Shown piece after piece: positions 1 to 8,476 of a DNA stretch of 48,237 nt; within the stretch, counting starts at the first letter, position 1, and every line of letters starts with the position of its first letter. The position numbers and the translations under genes are program-made. The notes beneath the pieces were generated by a model. That model searched no databases. It saw only the letters and a program-made list of their open reading frames with translations, and was not told where the DNA came from. Origin of the DNA: an uncultured Campylobacterales bacterium (GTDB lineage: Bacteria; Campylobacterota; Campylobacteria; Campylobacterales; QNZT01). The stretch covers positions 1-48,237 of the forward strand of contig CAYUSV010000003.1 in the NCBI GenBank assembly GCA_964447385.1. The letters run 5' to 3'.

Positions 1-57
1 TTATTTTGTATAATAAAGTGTTTAATAATACAAAATATATAAAAAAACGGAGAAATA

Positions 58-1116
58 ATGAAAAGATTGATATTACTTGCTGTTATATGGGCTTTTGCTT
101 CTAGCACACTTCTAGCAGAAGGCACTTTAAAACTACTCACATGGAAAGGCTATGCACCGACCCAGCTCGTAAAGGCGTTTGAAAAAGAGACAGGGATCAA
201 GGTAAAAATCACCTACTCAAACAATGAAGAGATGATAGCGAAGCTTCGAGCTACTAGAGGTGCTGGGTTTGATTTAGCACAGCCTAGTCAAGATAGGATT
301 GTTTTTGTACAGGAGAGGTTTCCTATATATCAGGCTATTGATTTTAGTAAGATAGATACAGCCAAGATTGTGCCATCTATGCTTGATGTTGTCAAAAAAA
401 ACAGCTTTGTTGATGGCAAATCATATGGTGTGCCTTTTTGTTATGGGACAACAGGTTTGATTGTAAACAAAAAATTAGCACCAGATGCAAAAGATTGGTC
501 AGATTTGTGGAATCCAAAATATAGTGGCAAAATATCTTATAGATTAAAAAGACCACTGCTTATAGCAACAGCTTTTGGCATGGGTGAAGACCCTTTTGCG
601 CTTTATGATGATAAAAAGGCTTACAAAAAATTGATGAAAAGAGTTGAGAGTAAACTTATCAAGAGCAAAAAACTTGTCAAAAACTACTGGACAAGCGGAG
701 ATACACAGGTAAATATCATCAAAAGTGGTGATGCTGATGTTATATTGGGTTGGGATGGGAAAGGTTGGAGTCTTCACAAGATAAATCCTGATATAGATTT
801 TGTTGCACCAAAGAGTGGGGCTTTGGGCTGGATTGATACTTTTGCAATTCCTGCGAAGGCTAAAAATGTTGAAGCTGCGTATAAGTGGATTAATTTTATG
901 CTTGAACCTAAAAATGCAGCATACTTTACAAACAAAGAGGGATACGGCACAGCGTCAGTTGGAGCAGAAAAATATTTTAAAGATGAGACAAAAGATAATT
1001 TTAGCAGAACATTCTCCAAAGAGGATTTGGCAAACATCAAGTGGCATCCGCCAATTCCAGCAGGGTTTGAGAGGATTGAGTCAAAAGTCCTTGATAGAAT
1101 TAAAGCGGCAAAATAG
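58..1116 (+). CDS. potD: Polyamine-type ABC transporter periplasmic substrate-binding protein (PotD/PotF family)
   Basis: Signal peptide; LKLLTWKGY..FEKETGIKV..YSNNEEMIAKL and WIDTFAIP..AYKWINF motifs; first gene of an ABC operon; GGAG SD upstream. Confidence 0.85.
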   Translation: MKRLILLAVIWAFASSTLLAEGTLKLLTWKGYAPTQLVKAFEKETGIKVKITYSNNEEMIAKLRATRGAGFDLAQPSQDRIVFVQERFPIYQAIDFSKIDTAKIVPSMLDVVKKNSFVDGKSYGVPFCYGTTGLIVNKKLAPDAKDWSDLWNPKYSGKISYRLKRPLLIATAFGMGEDPFALYDDKKAYKKLMKRVESKLIKSKKLVKNYWTSGDTQVNIIKSGDADVILGWDGKGWSLHKINPDIDFVAPKSGALGWIDTFAIPAKAKNVEAAYKWINFMLEPKNAAYFTNKEGYGTASVGAEKYFKDETKDNFSRTFSKEDLANIKWHPPIPAGFERIESKVLDRIKAAK

Positions 1117-1118
1117 TT

Positions 1119-2177
1119 TTGAGCAATATATTAGAGATTAGAAACCTTGTAAAACATTTTCCAGATTTTACTGCGGTTGATTCGATAGATTTTTGTGTCA
1201 AAGAGGGTGGGTTTTTTTCGATTTTAGGACCTTCAGGCTGTGGAAAGACTACACTTCTTAGGATGATTTCAGGCTTTGAAAAACAAAGCAGTGGTGATAT
1301 CATCATAAAGGGAGAGTCTATGAGTGGTATCCCTCCTGAAAAGAGACCTGTAAATATCGTCTTTCAAAATTTAGCACTATTTCCTATGATGAATGTTTAT
1401 GAAAATGTTGCATTTGGATTAAAAAGACAGAAGATAAGCAAAAAAGAGATAACAAGCAGAGTTAGCGAGATGCTAGAGCGTGTCGGTCTAAATGGGTATG
1501 AAAAGAAAAAAGTTACAGAGCTTTCAGGTGGGCAGAGGCAGAGAGTTGCGATAGCTAGGTCTTTGGTTTTAAAGCCTTCTATACTGCTACTTGATGAACC
1601 GCTTGGGGCGTTAGATAGGAAACTTAGAGAGCATATGAAGATAGAGCTTAAGCTACTTCAAAAAGAGATAGGGACAACTTTTATCTATATAACGCACGAT
1701 CAATCAGAAGCACTTGTGATGAGTGACCAAGTAGCTGTTATGAATCGTGGAAAATTTGAACAGATAGATACTCCAAGAGAGCTTTATAAAAATCCAAAAA
1801 CATCGTTTGTTGCTAGTTTTGTGGGGGAGAGTAACCAGTTTGATGTGCAAAATTATCAAAATGGGGAGTTAGTGATGAAAAATGGATGGCGCTTATCTAA
1901 GCCAAATCTTGATATCAACCCAACCAAACTTTTTATCCGTCCAGAAGCTTTTATACTAAATCCTAGCGAGAAATTAAACAACATAAATAAGATAAAAGCA
2001 TCTGTAAAAACAGTGCTTTTTGATGGACAAAACACAAAGATATCAGCTCTTTTTGATAAAAGTAATGATGAAGTCTTGATATCTTTGCCACAAAATGCTG
2101 AGTTTGAAGAGTTAAAAGAGGGTGATACGATAGAGGTTGGTATCCATTTTGATGATTTGAAATGTTATGAAAAATAG
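1119..2177 (+). CDS. potA: ABC transporter ATP-binding subunit (PotA family)
   Basis: Walker A GPSGCGKT, signature LSGGQRQR, Walker B LLLLDEP, C-terminal TOBE-like region; TTG start. Confidence 0.9.
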   Translation: MSNILEIRNLVKHFPDFTAVDSIDFCVKEGGFFSILGPSGCGKTTLLRMISGFEKQSSGDIIIKGESMSGIPPEKRPVNIVFQNLALFPMMNVYENVAFGLKRQKISKKEITSRVSEMLERVGLNGYEKKKVTELSGGQRQRVAIARSLVLKPSILLLDEPLGALDRKLREHMKIELKLLQKEIGTTFIYITHDQSEALVMSDQVAVMNRGKFEQIDTPRELYKNPKTSFVASFVGESNQFDVQNYQNGELVMKNGWRLSKPNLDINPTKLFIRPEAFILNPSEKLNNINKIKASVKTVLFDGQNTKISALFDKSNDEVLISLPQNAEFEELKEGDTIEVGIHFDDLKCYEK

Positions 2178-3021
2178 TAGTTTTGCTTTTTACCTACTTT
2201 TAGCTCCTGTGCTTCTTTGGCTTTTGGTGCTTATAGTATTGCCTCATGTTGATATGTTTGTAAGTTCATTTATGTTTGAAAATGATGATGGAGATATGGT
2301 TTTGTCTCTTAACAATTATCTAGCTTTTTTTGAAGATGAGATATATTGGCTCACTTTCATAAAGACAGCTATCTACTCTATCGCTGTAACTGTATTAGCA
2401 TTTGTTGTCACTTTCCCTGTTGCTTTTTATCTTACAAAAGTGGTTGCAAGAAAATTTAGTATATTTATGACGCTTCTTTTACTCATACCTCTTTGGGTTG
2501 GGGAGCTTGTGACGATTTATGGTTGGATGATACTTTTGAGTGACAATGGTGTCATAAATAATTTTCTTATCAATATTGGGATTATCGATACACCCATAGA
2601 GATGTTATATACCGATTTTAGCATGACGATAGGGCTTTTATATATGTCTATGCTTTTTATGATAATTCCTGTCATGTCAGCACTTGATAGTTTAGATGAT
2701 TCACTTATAGAAGCAGCATGTGATCTGGGTGCGACAAAGTGGACTATTTTTACCAAGATTATCATACCTTATGCGATGCCGGGGATTGCTTCTGGTGGTA
2801 TCATAGTATTTATGTTGGTTATTGGGGATTATATCGCGCCAAATATCTTGGGTGGCAAAAGTTCTCTTTGGTTTACGGAGCAGATTTATAATCAATTTTT
2901 ATCTACATTCAACTGGAACGAGGGGGCAGCATTTGGGTTTTTGCTTCTTTTGCTCTCCTCTTTGATTATATTTACTGCACTTAAATTAACAGGACAAAAA
3001 CTTGACAAGGTTGGAAGATGA
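2167..3021 (+). CDS. potB: ABC transporter permease (PotB family)
   Basis: Multiple TM segments, EAA loop LIEAACDLGA. Confidence 0.85.
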   Translation: MKNSSFAFYLLLAPVLLWLLVLIVLPHVDMFVSSFMFENDDGDMVLSLNNYLAFFEDEIYWLTFIKTAIYSIAVTVLAFVVTFPVAFYLTKVVARKFSIFMTLLLLIPLWVGELVTIYGWMILLSDNGVINNFLINIGIIDTPIEMLYTDFSMTIGLLYMSMLFMIIPVMSALDSLDDSLIEAACDLGATKWTIFTKIIIPYAMPGIASGGIIVFMLVIGDYIAPNILGGKSSLWFTEQIYNQFLSTFNWNEGAAFGFLLLLLSSLIIFTALKLTGQKLDKVGR

Positions 3022-3866
3022 TACGAAGTTTACCAAATTCATTGGGTTACAAGATAGCTTATAGGTTCTATATAACTCTTTTTTATCTGTTTTTGGTCAT
3101 GCCACTTCTTGCTATTGCTGTGTTGTCTTTTAATGATTCAGATTTTATCTCTCTTCCGTGGATGGGATTCTCTTTGGATTGGTTTTTTGCAAATACAGAT
3201 CAGAGGGTAGGACTGTTTTTTGATGAAGGCTTACTTAATAGTATTTTGATGAGTTTAAAGACAGGCTTTATAGTTGCACTGCTTTCAACGATTGTTGGAA
3301 CTATGGCGGCACTTCTTTTTGAGGAGAATTTTAGATTTAAAGGATTGTTGTACTTTTTAGCATTAGCACCGCTTGTGATACCTGGGGTTATTTTGGGTAT
3401 ATCTATCTTGCTTGGATCTACATATGTTGGTGGAGTGATGGAGGATAAGTTTGGTTTAGATTTGGAGTTTTTAAGACCTAGCTTTTGGCTTGTTGTATTT
3501 GGGCAATTTTCATTTGGTGCGACTTATGTCTTATTGTTGGTTTCGGCAAGGCTCAAAAAGTTTGACCAGACACTCCAAGAGGCGGCGCTAAGCTTAAGGG
3601 CTAGTAGGTTAGAGGCTATTTGGTATGTCACGATACCATTTTTACGACCTGCGATGATTGGAGCTTTTGTTGTAGCATTTTTGATAAGTTTTTCAAACTT
3701 TAATACTACGATTTTTCTTGTAGGGTCAGACCCGACTCTTCCTGTTGATCTGTATTCGCGTATAAAATTTAGTTCAACCCCTGTTTTGAATGCTGTATCG
3801 TTTATGATTGTGGCTTTTATAACTGTTGTTGCGGTTTTAAATTTAGTTATAAATCGTAAAAAATAA
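3018..3866 (+). CDS. potC: ABC transporter permease (PotC family)
   Basis: LSFN..GFSLDWF N-terminal motif, EAA loop LQEAALSLRA; ATGA overlap with the upstream permease. Confidence 0.85.
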   Translation: MIRSLPNSLGYKIAYRFYITLFYLFLVMPLLAIAVLSFNDSDFISLPWMGFSLDWFFANTDQRVGLFFDEGLLNSILMSLKTGFIVALLSTIVGTMAALLFEENFRFKGLLYFLALAPLVIPGVILGISILLGSTYVGGVMEDKFGLDLEFLRPSFWLVVFGQFSFGATYVLLLVSARLKKFDQTLQEAALSLRASRLEAIWYVTIPFLRPAMIGAFVVAFLISFSNFNTTIFLVGSDPTLPVDLYSRIKFSSTPVLNAVSFMIVAFITVVAVLNLVINRKK

Positions 3867-3870
3867 AAAA

Positions 3871-3888
3871 TTGGAACAGTTTATGCTT
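3871..3888 (+). promoter_or_regulatory. sigma54 (RpoN) -24/-12 promoter
   Basis: TTGGAACAGTTTATGCTT: GG(3873-3874)-N10-GC(3885-3886), close to the epsilonproteobacterial TTGGAAC..TGCTT pattern; intergenic and oriented toward the PKD lipoprotein. Confidence 0.7.
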
Positions 3889-3963
3889 GTACTCTAAAAA
3901 TTAAGACTCATTAAATAAAAAATAGTGTATATTAATTTTGATATTATAAAAGAGGAAAGAGTT

Positions 3964-4725
3964 ATGTTGAAAAGTTTATTTATGGGTTCTGTCGTATTGT
4001 CTGTGATATTAACAGGTTGTGTAGATGATGGTGGATGTTGCGGTATTCAAGCACTACAAGAAAATAGTGTTGAACCATCTGGAAACATGACACCTATTGC
4101 AAATTTTGAAAATTTAAAAATTGTTTCAACTGATATTGGTTGTCAATTTAGTGCAGATGGATCAGCGAGTAAAGATAGTGATGGTAATATCTCCTCTTAT
4201 GTTTGGACTATAGATACAGCTGAAGTTTCAACAGTTATAAATCCAACTAATGTATCTATAGCTTGTGATATAACAACATCTGATCCAATAGTATGTTTAA
4301 GTGTTGTAGATGATAAAAATGCATCAAGTATTTCAAAATGTACAACGGTGAAAATAACTGGTAATTTAGAGCCAAAATCTGAACCAAAACCAACACTTTT
4401 TCCGCCTACTGCTGTGATTGGTTATACTAAAGCAGTTGGTGAAGAGGCGTATTATTTTAATTGTAATGAGAGTTATGATAATGATGCTATTGATAGTGAC
4501 AATAATCCTGAAAACGATAACGGAGTTATTAGTTGCCACTGGACGATATTTAAAACAGATTTTGATGGAAGTACAACAGAAATACCACATGAAGAAGATG
4601 GATTTTTAAAATGGGTTTTAACATCGCCTGACAAATACTCAGCTCTTCAAGTGACACTTAAAGTTGTTGATGATGATAATCAAAGTGGGACAATAACAAA
4701 CAGTTATAAGTTGTCTAAAGATTAA
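3964..4725 (+). CDS. Cys-rich lipoprotein with two PKD/Ig-like domains
   Basis: ATG 3964 follows GAGG; lipobox LTG-C; PKD-type motifs PIA..DGSASKDSDGNISSYVW and PPTA..SYDND..VISCHW..VTLKVVDDD; ORF track uses upstream GTG 3925. Confidence 0.65.
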   Translation: MLKSLFMGSVVLSVILTGCVDDGGCCGIQALQENSVEPSGNMTPIANFENLKIVSTDIGCQFSADGSASKDSDGNISSYVWTIDTAEVSTVINPTNVSIACDITTSDPIVCLSVVDDKNASSISKCTTVKITGNLEPKSEPKPTLFPPTAVIGYTKAVGEEAYYFNCNESYDNDAIDSDNNPENDNGVISCHWTIFKTDFDGSTTEIPHEEDGFLKWVLTSPDKYSALQVTLKVVDDDNQSGTITNSYKLSKD

Positions 4726-4751
4726 TAAGTAAAAAATTTAATAGAATTTTT

Positions 4752-5678
4752 ATGAAAAAATATCTTCTAATAGTTCTACTGTTTATTTTTGGTTCTATAA
4801 ATTTGCATGGGGAGAGGAAAAAAGTGGAGTTTAAAAAGTTAACAGCTGAGGAGGAGCAGGTTATTGTGCATAAAGATACAGAGATGCCCTATAGCGGAAA
4901 GTATGATAAATTTTATGAAAAAGGAGTATATAAGTGCAAAAGATGTGGAGTTTCACTATATAATTCATCAGACAAATTTAACTCTGGTTGTGGATGGCCT
5001 AGCTTTGATGATGAGATAGATGGTGCCATCAAAAGAGTTCCAGATGTTGACGGTAAGCGTATAGAAATCGTTTGTGCAAATTGTGATGGACATTTGGGGC
5101 ATGTGTTTGAAGGAGAACAATTTACGCCTAAAAATAGTAGACATTGTGTTAACTCTATCTCGATAGAGTTTGAATCGGCAACAAAACAAAATAGTAAAAA
5201 AACATATTTTGCCGGTGGGTGTTTTTGGGGTATTGAGTACCATTTTGAAAAAATACCAGGCGTTATCTCTGCTGATAGTGGCTACATGGGAGGGTATAAA
5301 AAAAACCCAACTTATAAAGAGGTAATTAGTGTAAATACAGGACATTTAGAAGTTGTTGAAGTGACTTACGATCCTTCAAAAGTTAGCTTTGAGACTTTAA
5401 CAAGACTATTTTTTGAGATCCACGATCCTACACAAGCAAATGGTCAAGGCCCAGATATCGGTAGTCAATACCTTTCTGCAATTTTTTATAATAATGAACA
5501 AGAAAAAGAGGTATCTAAAAAGTTGATAGATATCTTAGAGTTAAAAGGGTTGAGAATTGCTACAAATTTAATTGACGCTAAAAAACACCCATTTTATGCG
5601 GCTGAAGATTATCATCAAGATTATTATAAAAAACATAACAAAGAGCCATACTGTCATAGCTATGTTAAAAGATTTTAG
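4752..5678 (+). CDS. msrAB: Bifunctional methionine sulfoxide reductase, MsrB N-terminal and MsrA C-terminal
   Basis: MsrB motifs GCGWPSF, HLGHVF, RHCVNS plus two CxxC; MsrA motifs GGCFWG, QYLSAIF, AEDYHQDY; possible signal peptide. Confidence 0.93.
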   Translation: MKKYLLIVLLFIFGSINLHGERKKVEFKKLTAEEEQVIVHKDTEMPYSGKYDKFYEKGVYKCKRCGVSLYNSSDKFNSGCGWPSFDDEIDGAIKRVPDVDGKRIEIVCANCDGHLGHVFEGEQFTPKNSRHCVNSISIEFESATKQNSKKTYFAGGCFWGIEYHFEKIPGVISADSGYMGGYKKNPTYKEVISVNTGHLEVVEVTYDPSKVSFETLTRLFFEIHDPTQANGQGPDIGSQYLSAIFYNNEQEKEVSKKLIDILELKGLRIATNLIDAKKHPFYAAEDYHQDYYKKHNKEPYCHSYVKRF

Positions 5679-5681
5679 CAT

Positions 5682-5702
5682 GGGGAGAAATTATTTCTCC
5701 TC
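5682..5702. terminator. Hairpin between convergent genes, probable bidirectional terminator
   Basis: GGGGAGAAA-TTA-TTTCTCCTC stem-loop filling the short gap between msrAB and the minus-strand operon. Confidence 0.55.
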
Positions 5703-5703
5703 C

Positions 5704-6456
5704 TTATTGTAAAAGTTTCTCTTTGAGTTGTAGTAGTTGCGTTTTGTAGCTTTGTATCTTATCTCTATTGTCTTCTATACTTTGAACCATTGCATCATAT
5801 TGGGTTTGTAGCTTTGATCTAAGTTTCGTGATGCCCTTTGTTGTATCGGCTAATTGGGATTTTTTATCATCAATTGTTGCAGCAAGGGCTAATTTTTTTG
5901 TAGTCAATGTAAAGTTCTCTTTTTTGAGCTCTTCTGCTTCATTGTGCAATCCTTTATACGAGTCATATTTTTGTTGATACAGTATAGTTTTATCAGATAG
6001 ATCCTGTTTAAGTGTAGTTTTATAATCATCAATTTTTGTTATATCTTCTAGGTTCAACACTGTTTTGAGTGATTTTATCTCTTTTGTATTGTTGCCTAAA
6101 ATATCTGTCTGTTTTTGGTATACACTTTTAAGATCTGTGGTTTTTGTCTCTACTGTTAATTTATCTATTTCAAGCTTATTAATCTCATCTTTAAATTTTG
6201 CTATTGTTGTATCTGCGTTGTTTGATTTTTCATCATACTCTTTAATTTTAGCTATATTTTTATCTTTTTTCATCATTATGGAGTTTGAGTTTAATTTGTG
6301 AGTGTCAATTTTCTGTTTTAATCCACTGATTGCTGGTTTATGTGTTTGATAGGCTTTTAATTTGGTATATAAATAACCAAAAACAAGCCCAGCTCCAAGT
6401 GCTGTGGCCAAACAAATTTTCATATCATTTATCAAATTTATTAAGATATCAGTCAT
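5704..6456 (-). CDS. Single-pass membrane coiled-coil protein (ArfB/ArfC-like N-terminus)
   Basis: N-terminal hydrophobic helix ICLATALGAGLVFGYLY followed by ~220 aa K/E/Q/L-rich helical sequence; last gene of a tightly packed operon. Confidence 0.7.
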   Translation of the reverse strand: MTDILINLINDMKICLATALGAGLVFGYLYTKLKAYQTHKPAISGLKQKIDTHKLNSNSIMMKKDKNIAKIKEYDEKSNNADTTIAKFKDEINKLEIDKLTVETKTTDLKSVYQKQTDILGNNTKEIKSLKTVLNLEDITKIDDYKTTLKQDLSDKTILYQQKYDSYKGLHNEAEELKKENFTLTTKKLALAATIDDKKSQLADTTKGITKLRSKLQTQYDAMVQSIEDNRDKIQSYKTQLLQLKEKLLQ

Positions 6457-6458
6457 GG

Positions 6459-7295
6459 TTATCTCCCTTGTTTAATATATTTTGCACTTGCACTGAAGAG
6501 TTTCTGTTTTAAGTTGGCAAAGAAACCTTTCTCTTCATTTTTGTTGATAATTTTATCTACAACATCAAAAGCGACTTTTTCACCGGCATCTACCTTCTCA
6601 TTGATATATTTGAATGCATACTCATAGTTGAGAGCTTTTTGTTTTGTCTCTTTGATATCATTAAAAATTTCAGACTTTTTAGTATCAAACTCATCTTCAA
6701 TCTCTTTTGTTTTTTTATTCTCTATTTTGATCTCTTCTTCCATCTCATCGATACCCTTTTTAAGATTTGTTATCTTAGTTTCCAAGGAGGCTCGCTCATC
6801 GATCAATTGTGGAATCTGTTGGCTTAAAGTTTCAATCTCTCTGTTTTTATCTGTTGTTTTTTGCGCATAGTCTCTGATTTGATCTTTTTGTTCTAAAATT
6901 TCATCTCTGTTTAAGGTTAATACATTTAACTCATTTGAAGCTATTTTTATTTTTTCATCAATAGAATTGAAATTTTCTTGGAGCTTTTTTTGTACGAGGT
7001 TTAAATTTTCACAGTCAATTTTTAATCTACTGCTTTGATCTGTAAGATCTGAAATAAAGTTTTCTTTAGAGCTATTTTTATCTTTAATTTGGAAGAGTTG
7101 CTTTTCGCTGTTTTCAAAGTTAAAAGAGGCACGGTTTAACTCTTCTAATGCTATTTTGTCACTATTTACAAGTTTATAAAATTTTTCCTTATATCCTTTT
7201 CGATATGTTTGTCGTCTTAAGATCCACCCGATACTAAAACCTATCAACAGTGCAATTACCATCAACAAAATCATATATAACTCCAGTGTTGTCAT
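6459..7295 (-). CDS. Single-pass membrane coiled-coil protein (ArfB/ArfC-like N-terminus)
   Basis: TM helix LYMILLMVIALLIGFSIGWIL followed by basic RRQTYRK and a long heptad-like region; AGGAG SD within the end of the upstream gene. Confidence 0.72.
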   Translation of the reverse strand: MTTLELYMILLMVIALLIGFSIGWILRRQTYRKGYKEKFYKLVNSDKIALEELNRASFNFENSEKQLFQIKDKNSSKENFISDLTDQSSRLKIDCENLNLVQKKLQENFNSIDEKIKIASNELNVLTLNRDEILEQKDQIRDYAQKTTDKNREIETLSQQIPQLIDERASLETKITNLKKGIDEMEEEIKIENKKTKEIEDEFDTKKSEIFNDIKETKQKALNYEYAFKYINEKVDAGEKVAFDVVDKIINKNEEKGFFANLKQKLFSASAKYIKQGR

Positions 7296-7296
7296 G

Positions 7297-8331
7297 CTAC
7301 TCTCCTCTTTTTAAGTGTATTTCAACACGTCTGTTGATTGTATTACTTGGATTTTCATAGATAGGTCTCTCTTCACCATAACCTACAGCTTCAATTTGTA
7401 GACTCTGTAATTCATTGTTTAAAAGATATTTTTTGACAGCATCTGCTCTTTTTTGACTAAGTGTTTTGTTGTAGTTGGCATCTCCTCTTGAGTCTGTATG
7501 CCCTTCAATGGTAAGTGATATATTATCAAGTTTGTTAACAGTTGTGATAATTTTATCAAGGATTGCTTTACTCTTTGAAGTGATTTTATCACTATTAAAT
7601 TTAAAATAGATTGGATTAGTCTTCAAAAGTTCATTAACTTCACTCTGTGTTTTTTCTATCATTTTTGGTTCTTCTAACACTTTTTTTTCAGGTACTTCAG
7701 CTATCTCAACTTCTTGCTCTTTTTCTATTGTCTCTGGTAAGATCTTGGTAATCTTTGGTGTAATTGTTGTGAGGTTTTGTATCTCAAAAATTTTTGGGTT
7801 AAATGATTTTAAAAGAGTGATTAAAATTTTTGCCTCTTCATCATCTTTTAGTTCGCCTTCAAGTTTAACGAGATAACCATCTATCAATATAGTGCCATTT
7901 TTAATATTTTTATCTTTGAGAAATGAGGCGATTTTTATAGCATCACTTTGCCAAGTGGCATCTTTTACATTTTTATCAAACGATAAATCTTGTGTACATG
8001 TGTCACTTTGACAATACTCCAGTATAAATTTTTCTAAAATTTGATTTTTGTCACTTATAGATAGTTTGGCACTAAGTGCTTTACCGTCTTTTGTACTATA
8101 AACAAACATTGGCTGGTCAGGCTCTGCGCTCTGTATAGGCTCTGGGATTGGTACAGGTTCTGATTTGGGAGTTGGGATGGGCTTAGATTTTACTGATGCT
8201 TGTAATGGTGTAATTTTTCCTGCTAATTGGTCATATTTGGTTAAAAGATGGTCCCTGTTTTCATTGATACATTTATATGTTAAAAATGCACCTGCTAACA
8301 GACTAAGTAGTAGGATAAGTTTGCTTCCCAT
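7297..8331 (-). CDS. OmpA-family peptidoglycan-binding protein with N-terminal anchor, Pro-rich linker and BON-like middle region (ArfA/Rv0899-like architecture)
   Basis: OmpA_C motifs IYFKFNS, IEGHTD, NKTLSQKRADAV, GYGE..P, NRRVEI; middle segment ILIDGYLVKLEGEL..IQNLTTI resembles a BON lobe. Confidence 0.85.
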   Translation of the reverse strand: MGSKLILLLSLLAGAFLTYKCINENRDHLLTKYDQLAGKITPLQASVKSKPIPTPKSEPVPIPEPIQSAEPDQPMFVYSTKDGKALSAKLSISDKNQILEKFILEYCQSDTCTQDLSFDKNVKDATWQSDAIKIASFLKDKNIKNGTILIDGYLVKLEGELKDDEEAKILITLLKSFNPKIFEIQNLTTITPKITKILPETIEKEQEVEIAEVPEKKVLEEPKMIEKTQSEVNELLKTNPIYFKFNSDKITSKSKAILDKIITTVNKLDNISLTIEGHTDSRGDANYNKTLSQKRADAVKKYLLNNELQSLQIEAVGYGEERPIYENPSNTINRRVEIHLKRGE

Positions 8332-8437
8332 GGCATGCTCCTGATAGTAGTTTCAAGTTTTTGTACTAAAATTATAATGCGCAATTGTACATCATATGAC
8401 CTTTAAGTCAATAATTAAGTATTAGAAGACAACAATT

Positions 8438-8446
8438 TGGTATAAT
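8438..8446 (+). promoter_or_regulatory. Extended -10 promoter (TGnTATAAT) for pssA
   Basis: TGGTATAAT 30 nt upstream of the TTG start. Confidence 0.55.
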
Positions 8447-8476
8447 ATTTCTCAATATTTTTCAAAAGGTAAGGTT

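Noticed and set aside
5704-8331. Zorya ZorAB or MotAB-like ion motor (OmpA domain plus long coiled coil)
   Set aside because: The OmpA protein's TM helix has no Asp, the partners have one TM rather than a MotA/ZorA multi-TM domain, gene order is reversed, and no ZorC/D/E effector is nearby
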